This document shows, piece after piece, positions 1 to 9,663 of a DNA stretch of 64,000 nt. This DNA is from an uncultured archaeon. GTDB lineage: Archaea; Asgardarchaeota; Lokiarchaeia; Sigyniarchaeales; SOKP01. Positions within the stretch are counted from its first letter, which is position 1, and the number at the start of each line of letters is the position of its first letter. The notes under the pieces are model-generated. The model was not told where the DNA came from and did no database searches. It saw nothing but the letters and a program-made list of their open reading frames with translations. The stretch is taken from contig CAZALK010000011.1 in the NCBI GenBank assembly GCA_964486045.1, positions 1 through 64,000 of the forward strand. The letters run 5' to 3'. Both the position numbers and the translations under genes were made by a program.

Positions 1-53
1 TTATAATCGTAAAGAGAAAGATTCATATCATTGCGTCCTAAATACCATTCTAA

Positions 54-728
54 ACTTTAGAAGATTATTTAGAATAATATGCTCGAGACCAAGGAACCAA
101 AACAATCGCTTTGTTCGCTGAAGGTTTACGAGCAGGGAAGAGATTTAAAGAAATATGTTACGAAACTACGAAAAAAAAACCAATCATTTTTCTTAAAGCT
201 GGAACCACTAAAACTGGTGCTAGAGCCGCAAACAGTCATACCGGGTCAATTGCAGGTTCTTTAGATATTTACAAATCTTTATTTAAACAGACCGGTGTGA
301 TATTGGCAGATCAAATAGAAGAATTTATTTATTTAGTTAAGGGAGCACAATATTTATTACCTCTTCCTACAAATGGGCGCCTAAGAGCAGGAATTGTTAG
401 CGGGGGAGGTGGGTTTGTCGTTCACCTTACAGATCTTTGTGAAAAACACGGACTTAATGTTGTTGATTTAAGAACAGAGCCACATGGTCCTAAACTTATA
501 GAAGATATTTCAAAACATCTTCCGTTTTATTGGAGTCATAATAATCCTGTTGATCTGGTTGCTACTGGTGATCCTAAAGTTTATCGGACGGTTACCGAAC
601 TAATGTTAAACTCTGAATGTTTTGATGTAATAATTACAATGTCCTCGGCTACATTTTTTGATCGAATGAAACTCCTAAAACCCAGTATCTTTTGGTCAAC
701 TTCTTGGAATATTGAAAGAGCGTCCTAA
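54..728 (+). pseudogene. Fragment of ADP-forming acyl-CoA synthetase alpha-subunit family gene
   Basis: KKPIIFLKAGTT..GARAANSHTGSIAG, GGGG and NNPVDL motifs. The frame continues upstream of 111 as TLEDYLE*YARDQGTKTIAL with an in-frame TAA at 75-77. The N-terminal CoA-binding domain is absent and the C-terminus looks truncated. Confidence 0.7.
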
Positions 729-1443
729 TGATTATAATTTTATTCCTTAAATAAAATACAATATAAACAAAAAAATTTAATGATAAAATTATCCTTGTAA
801 ACTTTGTTGACTCGAAAAATTAAAGGATTAATCTTTTTTATAAAAGTCTATGTACTCTTAGATTTGATTGAAAAACAATAGTCTTAATTTATTGATACAA
901 TATCATTCAATTTTATATATTCAGACATATCTTCTTTTTTCCTTTTTAACTTACTAATACTTGATTCAGCTCTATAACCAATATAAGATATTCCATCATC
1001 AACAAACCGATCTAAATATCTATATAGAGTGCTTAGGCTTTTGGGAGTAAATATTCTTAACTCTTGCGTAGTAACAATTCCATTATTCCCAATAAACTAA
1101 AATTTCTAATTTTAGTGTTATAATTGTTATCTAAAATAAGAACTCGATGGTTCGAAAGATTTTCTAACCCTCTCAACTATAAATGAGCCTTGTGCAAAAA
1201 AATGAGAAAAAAATAAGAATATCAACTATATCTTTTGGGTTAGTTTTTTATTTATAAATGTAGAAAAGAATAGTGTTTAAGCAAAGAAGAAACAATTCTA
1301 AGGATATTAAAGTAATGAATAACGACACTATAGATAGTGTTCAAGGGAAGGAAATGCAACCTGAGAAAAAAACAGATAAACAAATAAAAAATGGGAAAGT
1401 GTGATAATTTTATGGTGTTTTTTGGGATTTTTTAAAATTATAA

Positions 1444-1695
1444 TTAATTCAATAAGGTCTTTTTTTGAAATACTTTAATTAACCCATCTTGTTCAACAAC
1501 AAAAAGACGATTTGTACCATCTCCCGCGTCATATATTCCAAGTGGCCTAGAAAAAGATAAATCTGGAAAAGCTATTTGAACGTCGTATTCATCGTTTACT
1601 TTAGAAAAATTTAGGAAAAGAATTAATCCAACTCCACTAGCAATAAGGATTATCATTAAGAATGTAAAAAATAACTTTTTCTTAACATGAATCAC
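1444..1695 (-). pseudogene. N-terminal part of PQQ-dependent glucose/sorbosone dehydrogenase family gene, separated from its C-terminal part by an inversion
   Basis: Signal anchor followed by AFPDLSFSRPLGI..AGDGTNRLFVVEQDGLIKVFQ. Joins in frame to the + strand sequence at 3207 through a shared TTTCAAAA. Confidence 0.8.
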
Positions 1696-2415
1696 TTCTC
1701 GACATTTTAATTATCAAATAATAGATGGGAGGATTATTTAAATTTTGCATGAAAAGAATTTCGGTAATAGAACTATTTATGAAATTACCAAGTATTAGAA
1801 TTGAGGTTATAAAAAGTAATTATGGAGTAGTTTTTTAATCAGGTGTAAGTTGGTCAAGATCGGATAAATCTAAGCCGCTATCTTTAACACTTGTCATTTA
1901 TCACAAGTATTTTTTTATACCATTGATAAAATCTGTGAATCATGGATATTATGGGAAAATCCCACGTTAATAGACTTGTCGATCTCAGCAAGAAATCACT
2001 TTTCATAATAAACTGGAAAATTTGAAAAATAAACTGGAAAAATAAAAACCAATGTTAAAAGTGTGAATTTTGAGTTAGAAGAAAGACTATATTAGAACCG
2101 CATACAAATTAACTCCTAAAGGAAGTAAACTGAGAAAAAAAAAATAAAGGATTATGTGATGAAAATCCTTTCCAGTGAGATTGAAACAATGATAAAGCAG
2201 AAAATTAGTAATATTGAGGCTCCTATAGTCCAAAACAAGTAAAAATAGATTACAACCTTCTTATTGGAGTTTTCAGAAGAATTTAGGGGGATGATAGATA
2301 ACTCTAAAAGAGAAGCAAGCAGTCCTTAAAAAATTGGTTGAAAATTTACTTTAACAAGATTTATTTTTACTTACAAAATCTTTGAAAGTCATTATATCCA
2401 CTTCAAGATAATTTT

Positions 2416-3214
2416 TCATTTTCTATTCAAGACTTTTTTGTAATTCAAGATGAACAGGCAAAGGGCTATTAAGAATATTCCCGTCAGTAATAATGGAATC
2501 AAATATACTGGGATGGTTGGATTTCCAATTATCGTAAATGTTTCACTGTAATCGTGAGCACTGTTATCTGTTGCATTTATTCGGAGATAATAATCTGCAC
2601 CAGTCTTAAGATATGAAGGTATAATCCATTCAAACGAACGAGTATTATCTGTAGAAGGAGAAATCTGCAAAATACTGATATTATCCTTCATTAAATCAAT
2701 AGACATATACTCGGTTGGTGTGTCGGTTCTCCAAGTAATATCCATTATATCTCCTGATTCATAAGAAGTGTTTCCTTCTGGAGAAATAATTTCAAGATAT
2801 TTTTCATTTTCGATAGTAAAGTTTGAACTAAAATCGAAAAACTCAGGAGATGCACAATCCTCTATTCGTATTTGGTAAAGTGAATAGTTGGCAAGTGAAT
2901 AGTTACTCCCTTGCCACACTTCCCACAAATATCTATCTTCGTTGAAGAGGTTATCAGCAATTTCTAAGATATGGGTTGAATTAAGATATAGATCGATTTT
3001 TACATGTGTACCCATTCCTGTGCTAATCCAGTCTATTCTTTCCGTAGTATGTGGTATAAATATATCGTCGCTTCGGCGTTGAGATAGTTCTATCTTTCTT
3101 TTAAAAATTGTAAAATAATTGCTGAAGTCATATTCACCTGAAGATTGTCCCGTGATTTTTATTCTATAATTTGTTCCGGTGTTAAGATTATCGGGAATAT
3201 GGCAATTTTCAAAA
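2416..3214 (-). pseudogene. N-terminally truncated membrane-anchored surface protein with repeated Kre9/KNH-like Ig-fold domains
   Basis: Repeats of I.W...ID.L...I......W.IP..L.TG.Y.+RI......D.S..FTI and a C-terminal TM helix. No signal peptide. The 5' end coincides with the inversion breakpoint. Confidence 0.65.
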
Positions 3215-4148
3215 TAATGTGAGTACAAGTGAATATCAAGTATTTCTTGATTTAACTACTGAAATTTCAATTAACGAGAATGAAAGAGGTTTATTAGGCT
3301 TAACTTTTCATCCCGATTATAGCATAAATGGTTATTTTTATGTCTATTATACTGAGGTTGGAACTGGTGATTCCGTAATTTCCCGATTTAAAGTTAATTC
3401 TACTGATATTAATAGATCTAATAAATCCAGTGAGGTTTATATATTACAAATCTCCCAACCATATGGGAATCATAATGGTGGTCAAATAAATTTTGGACCT
3501 GATGGTTATTTATACATTTCTTTGGGAGATGGTGGAGGGAGCGGTGATCCTGCCGGTCACGGGCAAAATCGAGCAACTTTGTTAGGATCAATACTAAGGA
3601 TTGATGTAGATTCAACATTCCCGTATGCTATTCCTAACGACAATCCCTTTTTCGGGAATTTATATGGTTGGGCAGAAGAGATTTTCGCATTCGGACTTAG
3701 AAATCCCTGGCGTTTTAACTTTGATACTGTCACCGGATTGTTGTGGGCTGGTGATGTTGGGGAAAATGTATGGGAAGAAATTGATCTTATTGAAAATGGT
3801 AAAAACTATGGGTGGAACGCTAAGGAAGGTAGTCACAGTTATAATTCAGGAATAAATGTAACTGAATTAGAAGATCCAGTTTTTGAGTATAATCACTTAG
3901 AAGGCGTCTCAATTACTGGGGGATATGTCTATAGAGGATCATCTCTCACAAATTTAATCGGAAAATACATCTATGCAGATTATGGCTCAGGAAAAATTTG
4001 GTCATTGGAATATGTTGGAGGAATTGTCAAAGACAATACTGAACTTATTGATACTAATTTAAATATTCCTTCTTTCGGTGTAGATTCTAATAATGAATTG
4101 TATATTTGCGCCTTCGATGGAAAAATATACACTCTGATAGAAGTTTAA
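3207..4148 (+). pseudogene. C-terminal part of PQQ-dependent glucose/sorbosone dehydrogenase family gene
   Basis: ERGLLGLTFHP, NHNGGQINFGPDGYLYISLGDGG, GLRNPWR and GGYVYRG motifs. The missing N-terminus is at 1463-1695 on the minus strand. Confidence 0.85.
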
Positions 4149-4313
4149 AAATTTTTTTAAAAATCTCTTCTCTTCAAAATTTAGCTATTTCTCTTTCCTT
4201 AAACAACTCAATGTTTTTGGTATAAACAGTGATTTTAATCATACGAAACCTTTAAGGGTACTAGATTCTTAAAAAAAAAAAAAAGGAGTTTTTTATGATT
4301 CAATCAGAACCTT

Positions 4314-4493
4314 TTATTCTTCTTTTATAACTAATCCGATAACTCCACCGACTAATACCAAGATTGGTTCAAAGTATAAATTAGTCACAAAAAACGCTAC
4401 TGTCCCGATTATGGCGATTAATCCAATAACTATAGCTATATAATTTCCTATTGGTTTACTTATTGCTGCAACGAGTCCTCCACACAAACCTAC
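4314..4493 (-). pseudogene. C-terminal half of a small multi-pass membrane protein
   Basis: Manual translation VGLCGGLVAAISKPIGNYIAIVIGLIAIIGTVAFFVTNLYFEPILVLVGGVIGLVIKEE*. No start codon. Followed by a 14-nt T run on the minus strand (4271-4284). Confidence 0.55.
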
Positions 4494-4625
4494 TTCTCTA
4501 TAACTTTGAATATTTTAAAAAACGTGAGATTTAATAATAAAAGTGAACATAAATATTTTATCGGATTATGAAAAAATTAATATTTATTAACTTTATAATT
4601 AATCTGAAGGAGTTGAAATAAAAAA

Positions 4626-4772
4626 ATGTCGGGAGAATGGGTCATAATTAAAGATGATTTGATTGTTGAAAAGAATATGGATATTAAAGTAATCCTAGAA
4701 TTATCGGAAAAATATAAAGATGAAGAAATCACGATCTCTAAAGTTCCTTCTGCTACTTTTTGTTTTTATTAA
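4626..4772 (+). CDS. Small DUF5678-like protein, 48 aa (not in ORF track)
   Basis: MSGEWVIIKDDLIVEKNMDIKVILELSEKYKDEEITISKVPSATFCFY. The GEWV.I....I+ pattern and position directly upstream of a retropepsin-like gene fit this family. GGAG at about 4609. Confidence 0.6.
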   Translation: MSGEWVIIKDDLIVEKNMDIKVILELSEKYKDEEITISKVPSATFCFY

Positions 4773-4784
4773 TTTCCTATAACT

Positions 4785-5282
4785 ATGAAGAAAACATCCT
4801 TAACTTTTAAATATAATGTTAAACCTGGTGAAAGGAGATTATCTAAAGAAGTAAAAGCAAAATTACAAACTTATCCTCTTATACCTGTAAGATTTTATTC
4901 AAAAAGGGGAAAAACCCCGATAATTGAAGCCTTGCTTGATTCCGGGGCAGACATTATTCATATCAATAGAGGAATCATGGCTTATCTTGGTTTATCTAAA
5001 GGGAAGGAAATAAAAGGTGGAGGGATGGGAGGACAATATTCTGCTTTTGAAACTAAAGTGGGATTAATATTAGGACGTGGAGGAAATGAAGTTGATTTTG
5101 GTTATGTCAAGGCAGTATTCCCTGAAAAAGAAGAAGCTGTCCCAATTTTGATCGGAAGATCGCCTGTTTTTGAAGAATTCCAAGTAATTTTTGAAGAATA
5201 TAAAAAGAAATTTAAATTAATACCAAAAGAAGAAATTTTAGAAAAAGCAAAAAGACAATCAAAAGCTAAAAGGAAACGTTAA
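4785..5282 (+). CDS. Retropepsin-like (clan AA) aspartyl protease
   Basis: YPLIPV, ALLDSGA catalytic motif, GGMGG flap and ILIGR motif. Confidence 0.8.
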   Translation: MKKTSLTFKYNVKPGERRLSKEVKAKLQTYPLIPVRFYSKRGKTPIIEALLDSGADIIHINRGIMAYLGLSKGKEIKGGGMGGQYSAFETKVGLILGRGGNEVDFGYVKAVFPEKEEAVPILIGRSPVFEEFQVIFEEYKKKFKLIPKEEILEKAKRQSKAKRKR

Positions 5283-5305
5283 CCATATCTTCATTAAGGA
5301 TAATA

Positions 5306-5413
5306 TTATAAAGTTATTAATGGAATTAAGACCGGAGAAATAGCCAATAATAATCCCCCGATTATTGCGAGAACAGGACCTATAACTCCCTTACCTTTTA
5401 CAAATTTTACCAT
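5306..5413 (-). pseudogene. N-terminal part of small membrane protein, probable partner of 4314-4493
   Basis: Manual translation MVKFVKGKGVIGPVLAIIGGLLLAISPVLIPLITL*. Upstream GGTG. Confidence 0.5.
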
Positions 5414-5542
5414 TTTTTACACCAAATTATTTTAATCGAATTTTTAATTGAGGTTTTATATTGTTAAAGTTAGTATTTTTACTTTCGCACTTTATTTAAG
5501 TATTACGTTTTATATTATTAATCACAATTTCAAGCATAAATA

Positions 5543-6601
5543 TTAAAGAAGATCATGTTCTTTAACGATCTTAAGGAAGTGATCGCGATCACGACGCAGA
5601 ATTTTTATTTCCTTCTTCAGGTCTATTAGTTGCTGGTTGATATTCTGTTTTTCATTAGAAACTCCCAAATTCTTATTTGTTAATTTCTTCTTATCAAACT
5701 CCAATTTTTCTATTGAATCAAGACCTTCCTCATTTTCCCTTTTCAATTTTACTACTTGAAATTTTAATTTTTTATTGGTCTCATTTAGTTTTTCAATGTT
5801 TTGGTTTAGGGTTTCATTTTCAAGTTTAAATTTTCTAAATTGTTCGAGAAGTTTTTCAGCTCCATCCTCTATTTCATTCTTATCTTCTATGATATTTTTT
5901 AATTTGAGGATTTGGTCCTCCTTTTGTTGGAGGGTTTCTTTTTGTTTTTTGGATGCGCTATTAAAATCTTTGAATTTTCTGGTTAAATTTGCGTTATATT
6001 CATTAAGCTCAGCCATTTGAGCAGACCAATTATCTAATTTCGTATAAAGGCCATTAATTTCATCTTTTAAAGCATCTACATTCCTTAGGTGATCAGATCT
6101 ATCTGACACTAATAATGAAACTTTTTGAGCTAAGTCATCAATCCTTTTTCGTTTAGTACCTAAATCCTGAGTTAATTCAATCATTTGTTGATAATATGGG
6201 TCAAGTTCTCCTTTTTTGAGTAATTCAAAGCACTTTACGAATTCCTCGTAGAATTCAGGTTTATGATTATTGGGTAACAATTCGAATGCAATACGTCTTA
6301 CTTGACCTTCAAAATTTTTTGGGAGAGTATCATCATCAGAGAGGAAAATTGTAATAGCATGATCTGGCTTTCCTAGAAAACTTCTTTGAGAATGACCAGT
6401 AAAAAAACTAGCAACACTAATATTTCGTTTAATTTGCATTTCAAGATAATTGGGTCCTGTTTTTACGTTTTTATGTTGCTCAATCATGCTTAAAAGTCCT
6501 GATGTTGAGATTTGTAAATCTTCGCAAATAGTTTCTGGATACTGAACATCAATGGTCGGTTCAGACTTTTCGTTCAGATGAAGAATTATTATTCCTCTCA
6601 C
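5543..6601 (-). CDS. Longin/uDENN-like N-terminal domain plus long coiled coil
   Basis: The N-terminal ~110 aa align by eye with the cytoplasmic domain of the 44221-51144 protein. The C-terminal ~200 aa are a heptad-rich E/K/L coil. Confidence 0.6.
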   Translation of the reverse strand: MRGIIILHLNEKSEPTIDVQYPETICEDLQISTSGLLSMIEQHKNVKTGPNYLEMQIKRNISVASFFTGHSQRSFLGKPDHAITIFLSDDDTLPKNFEGQVRRIAFELLPNNHKPEFYEEFVKCFELLKKGELDPYYQQMIELTQDLGTKRKRIDDLAQKVSLLVSDRSDHLRNVDALKDEINGLYTKLDNWSAQMAELNEYNANLTRKFKDFNSASKKQKETLQQKEDQILKLKNIIEDKNEIEDGAEKLLEQFRKFKLENETLNQNIEKLNETNKKLKFQVVKLKRENEEGLDSIEKLEFDKKKLTNKNLGVSNEKQNINQQLIDLKKEIKILRRDRDHFLKIVKEHDLL

Positions 6602-6708
6602 AGTATATCCCCAAATACGCGAATCCAGAAGGTTAATTACTTTTTTAAGTATTTATATATAAATTATATTCAAACTAATATAATAATTCTGTTGATAATC
6701 GAAGCTTT

Positions 6709-8256
6709 CTAAGTATAAATATGAGTAAAAGTTTCTATTGTTTTTTTAACATCCATAGATAAATAGTTCAGTTTAAATATTGAGGCAAAGAAAGCTCTAT
6801 CCTCTGGATCAAAATACTTATACCCAAATTTTTTCCATTCTACATTGGATTGTAAAGGAGCGAAAATAGATAGGAAATTTTTCACTAAATTCATTAGGAG
6901 AATACGTCTCTCTTGTTTGCTTTTTTTCGATGCAATTGTTAATAATATATCCTCGTTAAAAGTAGCCCATGTATCTTTAAACTGTAAACAAGATTTCTTT
7001 ATGTCGATTTTATTTTCTACAATCAATTGAGCAATTGTATTTATAGCTGTTTCATAGGTTTTTTCCGCATTTTGACTAAAAAAAGGATTAGAGACGGTTA
7101 AACTCGGAGGATTCTTTAAATCTTTTTGATATTGAGGAAGACAATACTCGGGTAAGACTTTCAGCTGATTTAATCCAAGGATGTTTTTTATATCTCTTAT
7201 TGTCCCCCCTTGATCAAAAAATTGTTTATTAATGATGTATTTTAGTAATTTTTGTGAATGTACATCTCCAAAATAAGGGTAATCACTTGCATAAAGGAGA
7301 TATTCTGACCAAGTACGATTTTCTACTCTTTCTTTATTATATGATTGAAACCAATCTCGAAAACTTTCCAAAAAATTTCCCGCCCCTGGACCATGGAGCA
7401 TTGAAAGATCTCCATAGGTATTTGGTTGAACAATAGTATCGTAAACTTCATGATCATCAATATTTCCTTGAGCAAAATGGGCAATAATAACCTTAAAATG
7501 AGGCAATAAATCGGGGTATTTTGACTTTAAAACATTTCTTGTAGATGCAATCAATTGTCCAATTTTCAATATAGAACCCCGTCCCCTTGTATCAAAAATA
7601 ATAGGCATAGAAAACGACGCTGCTTCGATGAGAACTTGAGATACTTTCTCTGAATTAATGCTATCAATCCAACCTTCAGAACGGGGATGTAATTTTAATC
7701 CACGAAGTCCTAAAACCTCCCTCATATATCTTACTTCATTCACAGCTTTTTCTCCTTCCATAGGATCGCAGCGACCATAGCCTATTAGTTTCATTGAGAA
7801 GGGAAATCTGGTCGTAAAGCGTGAAATGTTAATATTACTTGCCCTATATAGTGCTTCAGGACGTTTATCGCGAAAAGTATCTTGAAATGGAAAAACTACA
7901 CCTTGATCTATCATTGAATAAAATTTAGATTTCTCCTTTAAATCAGAATGCTTTTTACCAAGTTTCTCTAAAGCAATGTAAAGCTTATCTGTGAAGGGAT
8001 ATGGAGTAAATGACCAAGAAATTTTTGTGTTCTTTCCATCCAAGTTTGTTGTGAAAGATTGGTCTCCAGATTTTTCCCAATCTGCTTTAATTCTCCCTTG
8101 GACATTTCCCCAAAAGTCAAAAGTTCCAGCTCCGGGAGCCAAAGGATTCATCATTGTAGCACCATCGACATCTTGACCAAGATGAGAATGAGCATCAACA
8201 ACAAATATATTTTCGATTCTAGTTTTTCCTTCTTGTTGTATAGTTGCTGTTAACAT
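6709..8256 (-). CDS. Amidohydrolase superfamily (Amidohydro_2-like) metal-dependent hydrolase
   Basis: DAHSHLG, GLRGLKLHP, IIAHF and YASDYPY motifs. Confidence 0.8.
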   Translation of the reverse strand: MLTATIQQEGKTRIENIFVVDAHSHLGQDVDGATMMNPLAPGAGTFDFWGNVQGRIKADWEKSGDQSFTTNLDGKNTKISWSFTPYPFTDKLYIALEKLGKKHSDLKEKSKFYSMIDQGVVFPFQDTFRDKRPEALYRASNINISRFTTRFPFSMKLIGYGRCDPMEGEKAVNEVRYMREVLGLRGLKLHPRSEGWIDSINSEKVSQVLIEAASFSMPIIFDTRGRGSILKIGQLIASTRNVLKSKYPDLLPHFKVIIAHFAQGNIDDHEVYDTIVQPNTYGDLSMLHGPGAGNFLESFRDWFQSYNKERVENRTWSEYLLYASDYPYFGDVHSQKLLKYIINKQFFDQGGTIRDIKNILGLNQLKVLPEYCLPQYQKDLKNPPSLTVSNPFFSQNAEKTYETAINTIAQLIVENKIDIKKSCLQFKDTWATFNEDILLTIASKKSKQERRILLMNLVKNFLSIFAPLQSNVEWKKFGYKYFDPEDRAFFASIFKLNYLSMDVKKTIETFTHIYT

Positions 8257-8337
8257 TATTTACCTCTTTTAATAATTATTAAGCTAATTTTTTTTCATGA
8301 AATTCTCAAAAATATTATTTAGAAAACCTTTAAGATG

Positions 8338-8790
8338 TCATTCTGAAACTATATAGATTTTTGCTTTAAATTCTTCACTAACTTTTTTAATTATCCCTTC
8401 TGATAATTCTTTTTCGTTTAAGAAAAAAATTGGGCAATCTTGAAAAATTCCTAAAGAAATAGAAAAACAATCAGAAATCGCAAGAGGATATTTACATTTT
8501 ATATCACCCGCAATCTCATATAAAAATTCACCACTAATAAAATTTATATACTCCTCAATATCCTTTATAATCTTTTCTGCTTTAACCTTTCCGATTTTTC
8601 TACACATGATATAATACATCTCAGCTTTGATGAAGTAATGCCCATTAATTGTAATTTCAGAAGTTTCTGAAAATAAGTGTTCTCTTAGCGTTTTTTTAAG
8701 TTTAATTTCACCCTGTTTAAAATATTCTATGAGAATCCCAGTATCAATAACAATATCACTATACTTTTTAAAAATTTCAATATCAATCAT
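8338..8790 (-). CDS. PIN-domain (VapC-like) toxin
   Basis: IVIDTGILI, AEMYY and LAISDC acidic PIN motifs. About 150 aa, downstream of a small antitoxin-like gene. Confidence 0.8.
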   Translation of the reverse strand: MIDIEIFKKYSDIVIDTGILIEYFKQGEIKLKKTLREHLFSETSEITINGHYFIKAEMYYIMCRKIGKVKAEKIIKDIEEYINFISGEFLYEIAGDIKCKYPLAISDCFSISLGIFQDCPIFFLNEKELSEGIIKKVSEEFKAKIYIVSE

Positions 8791-8805
8791 ATTTATACTC
8801 TTAGT

Positions 8806-9093
8806 TCACGTTCTTTTTAATGGTGCTCTACGTTCTTCACGTTCAAGATCTTTTTTTTTTTCGGTTAAATAATCTTTTAAAGCAGACTCTGGGAGAATGC
8901 CCTCAAAACGTCTAAATTCTTTCATATTTTTTTTTCTAATTAAATTGATTTTTTGATGTTTAATTAAATATTTGATGATTTCATTATACGTTACAGCACT
9001 TCCTTTTTCCTCTTCTAACTTTAGTTTTATTTTAAAGAGCTTCTTTTTTATCTTATCATCAATTTGGATTGTAGTAGTCATTTTTTTGATCAC
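8806..9093 (-). CDS. Putative VapB-like antitoxin (ribbon-helix-helix type)
   Basis: MTTTIQI.D..K..L..+K.......TYNEII..L pattern. Ends 15 bp upstream of the PIN gene. Confidence 0.65.
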   Translation of the reverse strand: MIKKMTTTIQIDDKIKKKLFKIKLKLEEEKGSAVTYNEIIKYLIKHQKINLIRKKNMKEFRRFEGILPESALKDYLTEKKKDLEREERRAPLKRT

Positions 9094-9221
9094 TCGATTC
9101 TATAAGTCTATATATAAAATAGTTTTATAGAATAATAATTTTATTTCTTTTTTACACAAATTCATTGTAGAAATTTTTAAATTAATTGGGCTCAACTTTA
9201 TATGCTTTTTAAATCGATATT

Positions 9222-9660
9222 TCAATCTCTCATTTCTATTGGTAAAGTTAAAGTCCCTGTGAGTGGATTATTTAAGGGATCTTGACAATATTGAATTGTG
9301 AAATATATTAAATCGTATAAAATACTCGGGTCCTCTCCATTATCCAATTTATACTGATATAGACTTAATTGATATTCTGCTTCAGTAATGGGTGCTTCTG
9401 CATAAGATACACTTTCAAATACGGATTGTAATATTGGTTTAAAGAATGGGCTATAAAGAAAGCCCAGCTCTATGAGAACATCCTTCAAATAGAAGAGCAT
9501 CCTTTGTACAGCTTGCATCATGTACCTTATTGGCTGATCAATTGGACCTAAGTATTGTTCGGCGAATGTGGGATCATATTGTGCAAGTTTTTCACGATCA
9601 ACATTTTGGGGTCTAAACAAAGATATTAAACCTCTTTCGATTGCTGCTTTTCGATTATAC
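9222..9660 (-). pseudogene. Diverged duplicate of the C-terminal ~145 codons of the adjacent glutamate--cysteine ligase family gene
   Basis: YNRKAAIERGLISLFRP...NNPLTGTLTLP aligns with the end of 9664-11325. Begins a few nt after that gene's stop codon. Confidence 0.8.
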
Positions 9661-9663
9661 TTG

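Noticed and set aside
2007-2041. 14-bp direct repeat AATAAACTGGAAAA with 21-bp period
   Set aside because: Only two copies with a 7-nt spacer. It fits a heptad-coding remnant, not a CRISPR or iteron array.
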